Positions 13,001 through 26,294 of a stretch of 64,000 nt of DNA are shown one piece after another. A model generated the notes under the pieces. The model was not told the DNA's origin. It ran no database searches and saw only the letters and a list, made by a program, of their open reading frames with translations. Numbering within the stretch: the first letter of the stretch is position 1; the number at the start of each line of letters is the position of its first letter. A program made the translations under genes and the position numbers. This stretch comes from Mobula hypostoma (Eukaryota). The stretch spans positions 23,188,001 through 23,252,000 of the forward strand of contig NC_086106.1 of assembly GCF_963921235.1 (NCBI RefSeq), in the 5' to 3' direction.

Positions 13001-13818
13001 GATAAGAAAAAAAAAACAAACAAACAAACGAAAACTTTAACCGGAATTTAACCACTCTGCAGCCGTTCACCAACTCGTCACTAGGCACTGGCTCTCAAAG
13101 CGTTAAATGCGAAAAAAGTTCTCAAAGCGATGAAGTCAGATATAGTTCTTAAAGCGATAAATTCGAAAGTCCAACAGATTTATACGTTCCCTTGGGAGAG
13201 ACTTCTCTGGAGAAGGATTTCTTCATCGGCACGACTTTCCTGCTGGTTCTGTCTACAGAATTCACGATGCAGTAAATGAACAGTTTAAAACAACTGCCCT
13301 TAAATTGCTTTAGAGAGAGAGCACAACTTTGCATGAATACTTTTCTCTTTTTGACAAGAGTTATCCCGAAGCTGGTCGCTACTCTTCCAACGAAGACTCA
13401 ATCAGATCGATCCTTTGTTAAACTGCCAAACGACGCCGACTCCTCTCAATCCTTTGGTCCTGTACTTCGATAAAGTCTTCACTCTCCCTTACTACTGCTG
13501 GAATAGGGTAAATAAGCACGTCTAGCAAACATTTCCTGTCCATTATTATAGTATCTTGCAACAGAACGCAGCACTCCGTTTTAAAAACGAAACTGCGTCA
13601 TAAAAACAAACACGCAACAGAAACGGAGACAGAGCATGTTCTACCTGGAAACCTACAAACTGAAAACTAACTGCGTCATCTGGGGTCGACCCTGATATAC
13701 CCACGGTGCACATGCCATCACGTGACCTCACATCGGCTGAAAATTACATCAGGTGACCCCCAAAAGTCCATTACATCATTCTCAAAAAAAAATCACAGAT
13801 CTCCTTGAGCATGTAACA
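10051..13818 (-). repeat. Family-B LTR split by a CR1 insertion; shared between two internal regions
   Basis: Starts TGTGACGTAACCGGC at 10051, breaks at 10114, resumes at 12981, ends CATGTAACA at 13818. gag start and degraded PBS lie on its left; PPT-type tract CCTCCCTCCC on its right. Confidence 0.85.
10115..12980 (-). mobile_element. CR1 LINE, 5'-truncated, near-complete ORF2 (APE endonuclease + RT) with about 3 frame breaks
   Basis: GITETWL..YRPP..GDFN endonuclease (11940-12980). KSPGPDG..NYRPVSLTS (11386-11886). [26 protein letters not shown] (10633-11340). C-terminus 10202-10666 and CR1 3' tail. Confidence 0.96.
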
Positions 13819-15340
13819 CCTCCCTCCCAAAAAAAAGGTATCTTAAAGAAGAATTTTTTAGCAAATTGTACAGAAAAAATACAAAGTTATAACATTTACA
13901 AAATACACAATACATGCAATCTTATCTTTCAACCTTTTACAAAGTAATGTACAGTAGGAGTGTTACAAATGTTAAAATGTCAGTGCAAAAAAAACAACTT
14001 TTCATTGTACATTTAACATCTAGACAATCAGCGATAACATGATCTTTACCCTTAATATGAGTGATCAAGATAATGTATTCCTGTAACATTAGACTCAAGT
14101 TTAATAATCTTCTATTTTTGTTTTCCATCCTACTCAAAAACACTAATGGATTGTGGTCGGTATAAACTGTGAGTGGTTTATGAGAAGTACCAACATACTC
14201 TTCAAAATGTTGTAAAGACAAAACATGAGATAACAATTATTTTTCTGTTGTTGAATTATTTCTTTGATGGTCATTAAATTTCTTAGAAAAATAAGCTACC
14301 GGACGATCAACTTTATCACCATCACCTTTTTGAAGTGACACTGCTCCTGCAGCTCCTTCACTAGCATCTACAGCTACCGAAAATGTTTTTTTTTTCAAAG
14401 TCAGGACATTTAAGTACAGGTTGTCTACATATTATTGCTATCAATTTATCAAATGCCTCCTGACAAGACTCTGTCCAAACAAAGTTCTCATTTTTCTTCA
14501 AGAGATTTGATAATGGAAGAGCCATGTTTGCAAAACACTTACAACATTTTCTCAAATATCCTACCATACCCAATAACCTTCTGGAAGTTATTTTCTACCA
14601 ATTGGAGTGGGTACTTCTAAAATTGACTGAACTTTAGCTTGAACAAGTGCTGATTTCCCCAGACCCACAACATAACCAAGGGAAGTCACCGTGGCATGTC
14701 CAAATTCACTTTTAGCTAAGTTAAGTGGAAAGTTGGTTTTTGAAAGTCTTTCAGATAGTTTCTCCACCGCAGTAATATGTGGTTTCCACGTCTTATTTCC
14801 TGTAACTAAATCATCAATATAGGCATATGTATCTTTTAATCCCTGAATCACGTTATTAATCATCCTCTGAAAAGTAGCTGGTATATTCTTCATCCCAAAT
14901 GGAAGAGCATTATATTCATATAACCCAGATGGGGTTACAAATGCTGAAATCTCTCTACCTCTATCCGTCAATGGAACTCACCAATAACCTTTTAACAAAT
15001 CAATTTTTTTTTAAGGAAATTGGCCTGTCCAACTTTATCCACACAATAATCTATCCTAGGGATAGGATATGCATCAGTTTTGGTCACAGCATTCACATTT
15101 CTGGATCCGTACAAAATCTAATACTATGGTCTGGCTTAGGCACCATAACAGACGGTGAATTCCAATTCGATTTAGAATGTCTAATAATATCATTCTCTAA
15201 CAGATAGTTAATTTCTTGTTCAGCAGAAGAAAGGAAGTTATAGGCCAGTTGGTCTGACCTCAGTGGTTGGGAAGATGTTGGAGTGATTGGTTTTGGAGTA
15301 CTTAGAGGCACAAATAGGCACAGTCATCAAGGTTTCCTCA
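13819..15340 (-). mobile_element. Second Gypsy pol remnant (RT + RNase H)
   Basis: MPFGMKN-type motif and AYIDDL (14588-14971), thumb domain (14361-14573), VYTDHNPLVFL..LQEY (13937-14236). Confidence 0.9.
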
Positions 15341-15399
15341 ATTGAAAATCTTGACTGATGAAACTTGGAATTCTTCAAAGAAATACAAAGCGGAAAAAA

Positions 15400-15640
15400 C
15401 ACAGGAGAATTAATGGATGCTGTGCATTTGAAATTTCAGAAGGCCTTTGACAAGGTGCCACACATGAGGCCACTTAACAAGTTACGAGCCCATGGTATTT
15501 CAGGAAAGATACTAGCATGGATAAAGTAGCTGATTGGCAAGAGGCAAAGAGTGAGAAGTAAAGAAGCCTTTTCTGGTTGGCTGTGGGTGACTGGTTGTGT
15601 TCCACAGGGTTTTGTGTTGGGACTGTTTCATTGAACATGT
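15400..15640 (+). mobile_element. CR1 RT fragment
   Basis: FQKAFDKVPH-encoding sequence and a VPQG-like segment. Confidence 0.75.
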
Positions 15641-15644
15641 AATG

Positions 15645-16549
15645 TGTAACGTAACCGGCGACAATGAATATTAATCGAGACAGGTTATATAAAAAGAACC
15701 AAACATTTATTAAACACAGATAAACAATAAGGGAAAATAATAAACAAAAACTTTAACCGCAAGTTAACTGATATGCTGCCGTTCACCAACTCGCCACTCG
15801 GCTCTGGTTCTTAAAGCGTTAAATGCGAAAACAGTTCTTAAAGTGATACAGTCAGATATATTTCTTAAAGCAATAACTTCGAAAGTCCAACTGTTTTACA
15901 CGTTCAATTGGGAGAGACTTCTCCAGAGAAGGGTTTCTTCACAGACGCAACTTTCCTGCTGGTTCTGTCCACAGGATTCACGATGCCGAAAATAAACAGT
16001 TTAAATCAACCAATCTTAAATTCCTTTAGAGAGAGAGAGAGAGAGAGAGCACTTTTTTTGCATGAACTCCTTGCTCTTTTTGGCAAGAGTTATCTTGATG
16101 CAGGTCGTACTTCTCCAACGAAGACTCAGTAAGGTCAATCCTTTATTAAACTGCCGAACGATGACGACTTCTCTCGATCCTTCGGTCCTTTACTTCGATA
16201 AGTTCTTCACTTTCCGTTCTACTGTTGCAGTTGGGTAAATCAACACATCTATCACGAATTTCCAGTCCGATAATATGATATATTGCAATAGAACTAATGC
16301 TCCGTTTTAAAAACGAAACTGCGTCACAAATGCAAACAGAACTACAGAAACGGCGACACAGCACGTTCTACCTGGAAATCTAGAAACCTAAACACCCACT
16401 GCGTTATCTGGGTCTACCCTTAAATATTTATGGTGCACACGTTATCACGTGACCGCACATCGGCGGGAGAATCACACCAGGTGTCCTCCAAAAGACCATT
16501 AAATCATTCTCACAAAAAAAATAATACAGATCTCCTTGAGCATGTAGCA
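15645..16549 (-). repeat. Family-B LTR, third copy, containing (GA)n at ~16026-16047
   Basis: TGTAACGTAACCGGC...CTCCTTGAGCATGTAGCA. Colinear with 10051-13818 and 1-452. No TSD found. Confidence 0.85.
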
Positions 16550-16749
16550 ATCTTTAAAATAAAATGATTATATATCATTGATCAATCATGATTTGTGGGG
16601 AAACGGCAAAAGTCAGGAGACTGGGGCTGAAAGGGAAATTGAATCAGCTGATATGAAATTGGGCTGCTGACTCGATGTATCAAATATCCTAATTCTCCTC
16701 ATATATGTTATTTGCAGAATAGCGCCGTCGTTGTATTTTTTTTTTCAGC

Positions 16750-19700
16750 GGTTTGAAGGGGGCATGGCTGTGCATGCACGTGGAGGTCGGCCAGTGAGAA
16801 TAGCGGGAACAGTTTAAAAGGAAGACAGATTTACAGAGCGGGAGTGGGAGGAGCGGGCGTCGGAGTTGTGGGAGACAGAGTAGGAAAATTTTAGCTCATC
16901 GGGGCTTCGGTGATAAAGAGTCGAGGCTCGAGAGGTTATTTGTTTAGAACGATGACTGGAAGTATGTGTGTGAGGCCGGTTTTCTGTGCTCGGTGTCAGA
17001 TGTGGGAGGTCCTGGAGACTCCCGGCCTCGCAGCCGACCACATCTGCATCAGCTTTGTGCAGCTGCAGCTCCTTAGGGACCGAGTTCGGGAACTAGAACT
17101 GCAGCTCGATGATCTTCGTCTGGTCAGGGAGAGTGAGGGGGTAATGAAGAGAAGCTATAGGAAGGTGTTCACTCCTTGACCACATGAGACAGAGAAGAGT
17201 GCAGTCCGGAGAGGTAAAGACACGAAGCATGTACTAGAGAGTACGCCAGTGGCGATACCCCTTAACAATAAGTATTCCTGCTTGAGTACTGTTGAGGGGA
17301 TAGCCTTGTTGAGGGAAGCAGCACTGGTAGCGCCTCTGGTACAAAGTCTGGCACTGTGGCTCAGAAGTGTACGGAAAGGAAGACGATAGCAGCAGTGATA
17401 GTGAACTGTATAGTTAGGGGGTCAAATAGGAAATTCTGTGGACGCAGGAATGAAACGCGGACGTTAGTTTGACTCCCAGGTGACAGGGTCCGGGGTGTTT
17501 CTGATCGCGTCCACGATATCGAAGTGCAAAAGAGAACAGCCAGAGGTTGTGGTACCTACTGGTACCATCGAAATAGGTAGGAAAAGGGAGGAGGTCCTGA
17601 CAACAGACTACAAGGTGTTAGGAAATAAGCTGAGAAGCAGGAACTCAAACGTAACAATCTCGGGATTACTGCTGTACCAACTGACAGTGAGTATAGGAAT
17701 AGATTCAGGAGGAGGATACAAGCATGGATGAGGGATTGTTGCAAGAGGCAGAGATTAATATTTCTGAATCTTTTGGAGCTTCTCTGGTGCAGACGTGAAC
17801 TGTACAAAAAAGACGTATTGCACCTGAATTCGAGGGAGACCAACATCCTGGCGAGAAGGTTTGCTCAGGCTATCGGGCAACGTTTAAACTTGAATGTCTG
17901 GGGGGCTGAGAACCGATCTGGAGTGACGGAGGACAAGGAGGTTGATTCACAAATAGAGAACGCTTGGAGACAGTGCGAAAGGGAGGATAGGCTGTTGATA
18001 GAAAAGGAACGCACTCAGTCCAATTGCTTTTGATGTGTCTATTTTAACGCAAGGAGACTCGTGAATAAATCGGACGAGCTTAGAGCGTGCATCATCACCT
18101 GGAGGAATGATATTGTGCCATTACAGAGTTCTGGATGGTGTAGGAGCAGAAATGGCTACTTCAAGTACCAGGCTTTAAACATTAGAGAAGGGATAGGGAG
18201 GGAGGCAAAAGTGCTGGGCCTGTGGAACTGTGGGTTAGAGATAGTGTCACTGCTGCACAAAACGAGGAACCATGGAGGGGTTGTCTGTGGAATCTCTTCA
18301 AGTGGGACTTAGGGATAGTAAGTGGTCAATAGTTCTACTTGCTGTTTTTCATGGACCACCCTATAGTGACAGGGACCTCGAGGATCAGATAGCGAAACAG
18401 ATATTGGAAAGTACTAATAAAAACAGGGTTGTTGTGGTGGGAGATTTTAATTTCCCAAATAGTGATCAGCATCTTTCTAGAGTGAGGGGTTTAGATGGGA
18501 AAGAGTTTGTTATGTGTGTTCAGGAAGGTTTGTTGACGCAATATGTAGATAAGCCTACAAGACTAGAGGTTGTGCTTTATCTGGTTTTTGGAAATGAAAC
18601 TGGTCAGGTGTCAGGTCTCTCAGTGGGATAGATTTTGGAAATAGTGATCAAAATTCGATCTACTTTACCATAGTATTGGAGAGGGATAGGAACAGAGAAG
18701 TGAGGAAAACGTTTACTTGTGGGAAGGTGAAATATGAGACTATATGCAGGAACTTGGAAGCATAAATTGGAAGCAGATGTTCTCAGGGAAAAGTCGGAAG
18801 AAATACAGAAAATGCTCATGGGTTATTTGCGTGTGGTTCTGAGCAGGCACGTTCCAATGACAAATCGAAATGATGGTAGGGTACATGATCCGTCGTGTGC
18901 AAGGGCTGTTATAAATCTAGTCAAGAAGAAAAGGAAAGCTTACGAAAGGTTAAAAAAAAAGAACAACTAGATAAAGTTAGAAATCTAGAAGAGTATAACG
19001 CTAGCAGGAATGAATTTAAGAATGAAATTAGGAGAGCCAGAAGGAGCCATGAGATGGCATTGGCGGATAGGATTAAGGAAAAGCCCAAGGCATTCTACAA
19101 CTATGTGAACGGCAAGAGGATAACACGTGAGAGACAAGGACCAATCAAGTGTGACAATGGAAAAGTGCGCACGAAACTTGAGGAAACAGCGAAGGTTCTT
19201 AATGAAGACTTCGCCTTCGTATTCACTATGGAAAGGATCTTGGCGATTCTAGGTATGACTTGCAGTGGACTGAAAAGCTTGAGTTTACATATATTATGGA
19301 ATAGGATGTGCTGGAGCTCTTGGAATCATCATGTTGGATAAGTCACCGGGTTCGGACGGGATGTACCCCAGGCTACCGTGGGAAGCGAGGGAGTGATTGC
19401 TGATCCTCTGGCAATGTTCTTTACGATAACAATGGGGACGGTAGAGATTCCGCAGGACTGGAGCGTTGCGGATGTTGACCCCTTGTTAAACAAAGGGAAT
19501 AGGGATAGCCCAGGAAATTATAGGTCAGTGAGTCTTTCTTCATTGGTTGGTAAGTTGATTGTGAAGATCCTGAGAGACAGGATTTATGAACATTTGGAGA
19601 GGCATAATATGATTTAGAATAGTCAGCATGGCTTTGTCAAATGCAGGTCGTGCCTTACGAGCCTAACTGGAGTTTTGGAGGATGTGACTAAACACATGAT

Positions 19701-20830
19701 GAAAGTAGAGGCGTTGAATTAGTGTTTATGGATTTTAGCAAGGCATTTGATAAGGTACCGCATGGAAGGCTTATAGAGATCTAGGGAAGCATGGGATCCG
19801 AGGGGACATTACTCTGTAGTTCCGGAACTGGCTTACTCACAGAAGGCAAAGAGTGGCTGTGAACGGGTCATATTCTGCATAAAGGCCGGTGACAAGTGTG
19901 TCCCTCAAGGATCTGTTCTGGTACCCCTACTCTTTGTAATTTTTATAAATGACCTGGATAAGGAACAGGAGGAAAGGGTTAGTAAATTTACTAATGACAG
20001 AAAGGCTCGGGGTGTTGTGGATAGGGTGGAGGGGTGTCAGAGTTTACAAAGGGACATTGGTAGGGTAAGACCCTTGGCTGAGAAGTGGAAAATGGATTTC
20101 TACCCAGATAAGTGTGAGGTAGACCATTTTCGTAGGTCAAGTGTAATGGTAGAATATTGCATTAATTGATAGACTCTTGGCAGTGTGCAAGTTTAAAAGG
20201 ATTCTGGGGGATAGAGTCCATAGGACACCCAAAGCTGCTACGCAGGTTGACTCTGTGGTTAAGAAGGAATTCGGTGCATTGGCCTTCATCAATCGTGGGG
20301 CTAAGTTCAAGAGCCAAGAGGTAATGTTGCAACTATAAGGGACCCTGGTCAGACTCCACTTGGAGTACTGTCCTCAATTCTGGTCGCCTCACTACAGGAA
20401 TTACGTTAAAACCGTTGAAAGGGTGCAGATGAGATTTACAAAGATGTTGCCTGGATTTGGGATCATACCTTTTTAGAATAAGTTAAGTGAACGCGGCCCT
20501 TTCTCATTGAGCGACGCAGTATGAGAGGTGACCTGATGGAGGTGCACAAGATAATCAGAGGCATTGATCTTGTGGATAGTCGGAGGCTCTTCCCAGGGCT
20601 GAAATGGCTAGCACGGGAGGGCATAGTTTTAAGGTGCTTCGAAGTAAGTACAGACGAAATGTCAGGGGTGCGTTTTTAGGCAGAAAGTGATGAGTGCCTG
20701 GAATGGGCTGCCGGCGGCGGTGATGGAGGCGGAAAAGATAGGGTCTTGTAAGAGACGCATGGAGTTGGAAAAGTAGAGGACTATAGGTAAAGCGTACGTA
20801 GTTTTAATGTCGGGACATGTTCGTCACAGC
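16750..20830 (+). mobile_element. Full-length, degenerate CR1 LINE (ORF1 zinc finger/coiled coil/SGNH esterase, ORF2 EN-RT)
   Basis: CARCQMWE..HICISFVQLQLLRDRVRELE (16910-17179), esterase remnants to ~17900, VVGDFNFP (18272-18631), RT remnants 19340-20000, 3' tail ~20810. Many stops. Confidence 0.9.
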
Positions 20831-21791
20831 TTTGTGGGCCGATGAGTTTGATTGCCTGTTTTTCTGAACGATATTCTCCAAATAAAGTACACAATATCAA
20901 CTCCGATGCGACACAAATAAAGAGAGATCAGATACTTAATAGGACAAGTCATCAAGGTACCTGAGTACTTGGAGCAGCTGTTGAGGCTGACTGGTTCTAT
21001 TCTTGAAGAGAGGACTGTGGTTAATTGTTATCTTTTTCATACGTAGTCGGTGTTCAATTGGAAATGATTCTCTGTTCATTCCTCCTCGCTTTTTCGATAC
21101 TGGCACTTCCCTGTTTTTATTGCCAGACAAAAAACGCATTTCGATTTCAATAAAGGCAGGCGGGATACGATGCATTTCAAGAGGGTATACCAGGCTAGGA
21201 ATTGCCCATTATGTGGTAGGTTGAACTCCGTAGAGCAGGGACCAGTGGGGAGAAGCGCATGTTTCCTTGGATGTGGCTGGAGATGTGGATGGACTGAAAA
21301 GAAGGCATATGGCTTGCTTGCCATCACCGGATTCGATACTGAGATCAGGAGAAGGTGTGACTGTTATAACTGCAAGGCGGCATCAACAATGATTCGTGAA
21401 GTTCTATTCGCCATAATTTCGGAAGGAGGTAGTTGGATGCAGAGGGAGCAGGAATGAATTACAAAGATTTTGAAAGCACTGTAAATTCTCAGTTATCAGG
21501 GCAAACTATATACGTTCAGCAGAAGAATGAAGACCGGTGGACTTTTGAAAGTTCAAACATACACAAATAGCTTTTTTTCCAGTTTGTGGTATGCATGAAT
21601 GTATGAGGAATATCCGCTGTACCTAGATTATATTATAAAAGTTTGAGAAGGTTCACTAATGTATCCTCATCAGCAAAGACATGTATTGAGGGAACTTGGC
21701 ATTGTGGATTCAGAATTAGCCTCCCCTCAGCGAGCCTGGTCGATAAATAATGGAGATTTTTGGACAGATTTAGAAATGAGAGACATACTTA

Positions 21792-21824
21792 AAACAACAA
21801 CAACAACAGCAACAACAACAACAA
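21792..21824. repeat. (CAA)n microsatellite
   Basis: Direct reading. Confidence 0.9.
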
Positions 21825-21844
21825 AAATTTTGCCGTCCTTTTAG

Positions 21845-22095
21845 AACAGAGATGAGGAAGGATTTCTTTGGCCCGAGAGTGGGGATTCTATGCTACTATT
21901 TGCATCACAGCTGCGTACCCCAAATCTGTATCTATATATGAGACAGAGGTTGAATGATTCTTGATTGGTCAGGATAAAAAAACATACGGGAAGAAGAAAA
22001 GAGAGCGGGACCGAGAGGTTAAACGGATCAGCCATCATGAAATACTGGATCGAGCTCAGTGGGCCCAAATGGTTTAAATCTCGCGCTATGTCCGT
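21845..22095 (+). mobile_element. Old CR1 3' end
   Basis: Decayed match to the CR1 3' UTR seen at 10115-10330. Confidence 0.6.
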
Positions 22096-22149
22096 TTTGT
22101 TATTCACTAAACGAGGTGTTTCTGATACGTTGTGCACAGAACTTAGATT

Positions 22150-22650
22150 GTGGCACCAGTTTGTCGTGTAAATTCGTTCTGTCTGCAACAGGGCAGATGT
22201 CAATGCATCCCAACCATTTTAATATCATTACCAAAACCCTTCCAACATGTCGGCTATGCCCACTTCTTCTGCTATCCTGAGGAAACACCCCACTTTCGGT
22301 TAGGATAGCGTCTAACATGATGACAAGAGCATCGATATTTCCGATTTCCCGTGATTTAATCCAAGTATCATTCTTTCCATTTCCCAAGTCAAGCTCCCAT
22401 CAATCGCTTTTCTCTTCACCTCACTTACTTATCACTGTTCTTAGGTGTCACCCATGTTACATACCTCTTTCCTATCTGATTTATGTTACTTACTTCAGCA
22501 TTTTGCCTTCTCCACCTGCGATCTCCCAGCTGGTCAATTCATGTCCCTTCAACCCTTCACGCCAGCTGGCTTCATTTCTCAACATCCTTGTTGTACACCT
22601 ACTCCCATCGACCTTCTTTTGATCTCTTCTTTCCTATTCCTTTCCAGTCA
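22150..22650 (+). mobile_element. Old Penelope-like 3' end
   Basis: Decayed GIY-YIG tail (caaccattttaat...gatatttccgatttcc) followed by a pyrimidine-rich pLTR ending ..cctttccagtc. Confidence 0.55.
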
Positions 22651-23404
22651 GGAGTAAACTCATGCATTTTCTGTAAGAATAATGATGTCTCCATTATCAG
22701 AAGTGTTCAGCACTATTCACAGAATCTTTACCAGTATGTTCCGATCAATTCACCTTTGTAATGGTAGCTGGTCGCATTGAAGAAGTGAGAGACGACATCG
22801 AGCTCTATATTTTTGAAAATCTGCTGTGCAGTAAACTACATACTCGCACAAATCAGAAACGCCTTGAACATTGTTACCCGTGGAGAATAAAGGTTTCTTG
22901 TCAGGACTCGAAACAGATATTTCAAGTCTCGGTAAAAATTACCTGTCTCAATGATAACACTGATATAGAAGCTGCTGCACTGCACACAAACTAGGTTTAA
23001 AGATAAATAATAATAAATTAAACAGAATCATTATCCCCATGCTGGGAGTTGGTCGTCATGTTTTACAGGACGTTTAACGGGCGTGGCAAGTATGAAAGCG
23101 TTTCAGTCGGATTTTAGGCTTAAAAGGATACATTGATACCGATGGTTCTAAAATGAGTATATGGATAGGGTGATTGCATTTGCCTTCAACAGGTTTCATC
23201 TCGAGCCAAATGCGCACAGAAATCCGTGTTTAGTAATTCAGTGCAATTTCATTACTATAAAGTACCCATATCATATTCTCAGTTCTGTTTCTCGAACGTG
23301 AGAAATCTAAATTTAGTGACCCGGGGCATTCGGAACTAAATGAGAAAAAGGGTGTACTACAATACTGAACTGCAGTTACTGAGCAAAGGACTCGGTAGGC
23401 GGGA

Positions 23405-24045
23405 GGAGAAGATGGCGGCTCTTCTGCGTGTGCGCAGCTCTCTGGTGGAATATGATATTGCATCTGTTAAATAAGGGCCGTGGACAATTCTGATTTGATG
23501 GAGAATGGAAGTGAAAGCACAGGCGAGCATCTGGAGAAATTTCTGAAACGCCCGTTTCCTGCTGTCATTACTGTGTGGTCGGGAATCTTTCGGAGTGTAG
23601 GCCTCAAAATCCCCAGCCTTGCCTGCTTTTGGCGAACGAGAAGGAAGTCGAATCGTTCGGACAGAGATGGCGGTCAGTATCCGGTGTCGGAGAGCTGATC
23701 AGAGCTCGAATTTTCTGATGACTCAGAATCGGTTTCTGGTCGGCATGGCTGGGAGAGTTCTTCTTCCTTCTCACGTCTGCGTGAGATGTGAGACATTTGA
23801 GACACTTTGAACATTGTTGTGCTCATGGACTTCTTTATCAAGTTATGGTATTGTTACACTGTTTGTAATTACATGTTATAGTTATGCGGTTTTGTCAGTT
23901 TTTTCAGTCTTGGTTTGTCCTGTGTTTTGTGATATCACACCGGAGGAAATAATGTATCATTTCTTAATGCACGCATTACTAAATGACAATAAAGGAGGAC
24001 TACGTGTCTTCATAATCAAAAAAAAGACTACGTGGCTTCATAATC
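23405..24045 (+). mobile_element. Non-autonomous retroposon (AAGATGGCGG start, T-rich LINE-type 3' end)
   Basis: AAGATGGCGG at 23409. 3' end AATAAAGGAGGACTACGTGTCTTCATAATC plus A8. Family identity is from recall only. Confidence 0.5.
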
Positions 24046-24090
24046 ATTTACGCTTGTTTTGTATGCATCGTCGAAAAACATAGATATATC

Positions 24091-26294
24091 TGTCATGGTG
24101 TGGTCCGTGAAGAACGATTTCCGGTTCACGGTCCGGTCCATCGATCCTTGTTCCGGGTTAGGGTTCGGGCTCCCTTGTTCTGTTGAGTGCCTCGATTGAA
24201 GCACCTGATTCTCATTCTGGGCTATTTCTTCGTATTCAATGTACTGTGTATAGAAAGAGCCCAGACCCTTGGTCCTGTTCCTAACGAGGGTGTTCTGGCT
24301 CTGTGTGCTGTGTACGAGTCCAGCCGTACGACCTGCTCCCACGGAGGAGTCCTGGCTCTGTGTTCCGTGCTTCCCGTTTTCAAGACCAAGGCTCCGTGTT
24401 TCCCGTGCCAAAGACCAAGGCTTCGAGGTTCCTCGCTACCAAGTCCAAGGCTGCGAGGTTGCTGTCTTCCAAGGCCAAGTCAAGGAAGGCTTCGTCTACA
24501 CTACCTGTCCATGTGCCTCCCCCAGCCTTGTGCCAGAGTTTCCTCGTCCTGTCTAGGAGTCTCTTGTCCTGTCCAAGTCAAGTCCATGCGCCTTGTCCTG
24601 TCTAAGCCCCGCCCAAGCACCTCGTCCTGTGATGCTGTACCTCGTCCAATCCATGTCCTAGTCCTGCATTCTAGTCTCGTCCAGGGCCTGTGTCAATTTC
24701 GAGCGTCCTTTCTTCATCACGTACCTTTCTTTCTTGTCAAACCTACTCTTGTTCCTAGGACATCAGTGCCCGTGTCTTGCAACAGGGTCCGTTCCCAGTG
24801 CGCCCTTTGGACAGAACAGTCCAGCCAAGCATGGACCCAGCGACACCGACGCTGTCGTTTTACTCTCGCCATTCTGGGCTCCCTTCTGTTTAATTCTCCC
24901 CCTCCCGCCCGAGTAGTCCTGAGCATAGGGAAGTTTTTTTGGTCGCCAGCAGGCTCCCATTCTGGTTCATGGTCTATCGATCCTTGTTCCGAGTTATCCT
25001 GTTTTATCCCTTGTTCTATTCAGTGCCTCAATTGAGGAATGTGATTCTCATTTTGGGCTGGCTGCTTATATTGTCCCTGGATAAAGCTTCATTGCTGCAC
25101 TGTTTCCTTCCCACACCTTCCTTCTTCAGCCTTACCTGCCACCTTCTCCTGACGCTGAGGCTGCAACCTTCGCCTGAAGAGTAGCCCGAAGCCTTCCTTG
25201 CAACCTCGCCTGTAACGCCGTCAAGTTCATCGCCGGAGCAAGACCTGGGCTTGCTCTGTCAAGATATGGATTAGTCTGTCTTTGTTTGGAATTGTCTCTA
25301 TGTGTCTTCGCCTCGCTAGAACGGTCCGGCCTTTTGCCGCTACCTTGTGTTGGGAACCGTCTCTTTGTGCCCTCGTCTTTGCTAGGCATGTGCGGCCGTT
25401 TGTCGCTAACTTGTGTTGGGAACCGTCTCTTTGTGTCCTCGCCTCCGCTGCGTAGGTCCGGCCGTTTACCGCTAGGCTGAGTGGCGAACTTTCAATTCGT
25501 GTTCACAATACTGTGTATAGAAAGAGGCCTAGCCTTTGTCCTGACTCTTTATGTTGTTGTACGACTCCCGGTCCTACGTCCTGCTCCCACGGAGGGGTCC
25601 CAGCTCTGTGGTCCGTGTTTCCCGTGCTCAAGTCCAAGGCTCCGTGTTTCCCGTGCTTAAGACCAGGAATCCGAGGTTCCTGAGTTCCAAGTCCAAGGCT
25701 CCGAGTTCCCTGACTTCCAAGTCCGAGGTTCCAAGGTTCCCGTCTTCCAAGACTATTTCAGGGCTTCGTGTTCTCGTCCTGTCCATGTGCCTCGCACAGC
25801 CCAGTAGTACATCGCACAGACTTGTGCTGGAGATCCCTTGTCCGGTGCTGGAGTTCCCTCCTCCTGTCGAGGTGTTTCTTGCCATGTCCGAGCCACGTCT
25901 AAGCACCTCGCCCTATGCTGGTGTATCTCATCCTGTCCTGTAGTCCAGCCACGTCCAGTCCTGTAACCTAGCCACGTGCAGTCCTGTAGCCACGTCTTGT
26001 CGTCGCCGATATTCGGGACTGAGCCCGAGTCAAGAACCAGATTCCGCGTCCCTATCCAGTCTCTGGCTCTGTCCTAGCCCAGGCTCCTTCTTCTTAGATC
26101 CTTGTTCGGGTTCAGTGTTTTTTGTCCATGTCCTTGTCCATTCACTGCATCCTTGTTTCGTCCAAGACCTCTGTCAATCTCCAGCCTCCTTTCTTCCCCA
26201 CTTTCCTTGATTGCTTATTAAACCTAGTCCTATTCCTAGTACTTCAGTGTCTATGTCTTGCATTTGGGTCCGCTGGCATCTCCCCCCTATGACA
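24091..26294 (+). mobile_element. Miniature / internally deleted LTR element (LTR family C): LTR 24091-24813, ~125-bp internal, LTR ~24940-26294
   Basis: TGTCAT...ATGACA ends. The two units share atcgatccttgttccg and tactgtgtatagaaagag blocks. Internal part begins GAACAGTCCAGCCAAGC-ATG GAC CCA GCG (MDPA gag start). No clean TSD. Confidence 0.7.

Noticed and set aside
24187-25035. 282-aa ORF
   Set aside because: It lies within a repetitive, stop-poor LTR and has no protein features.
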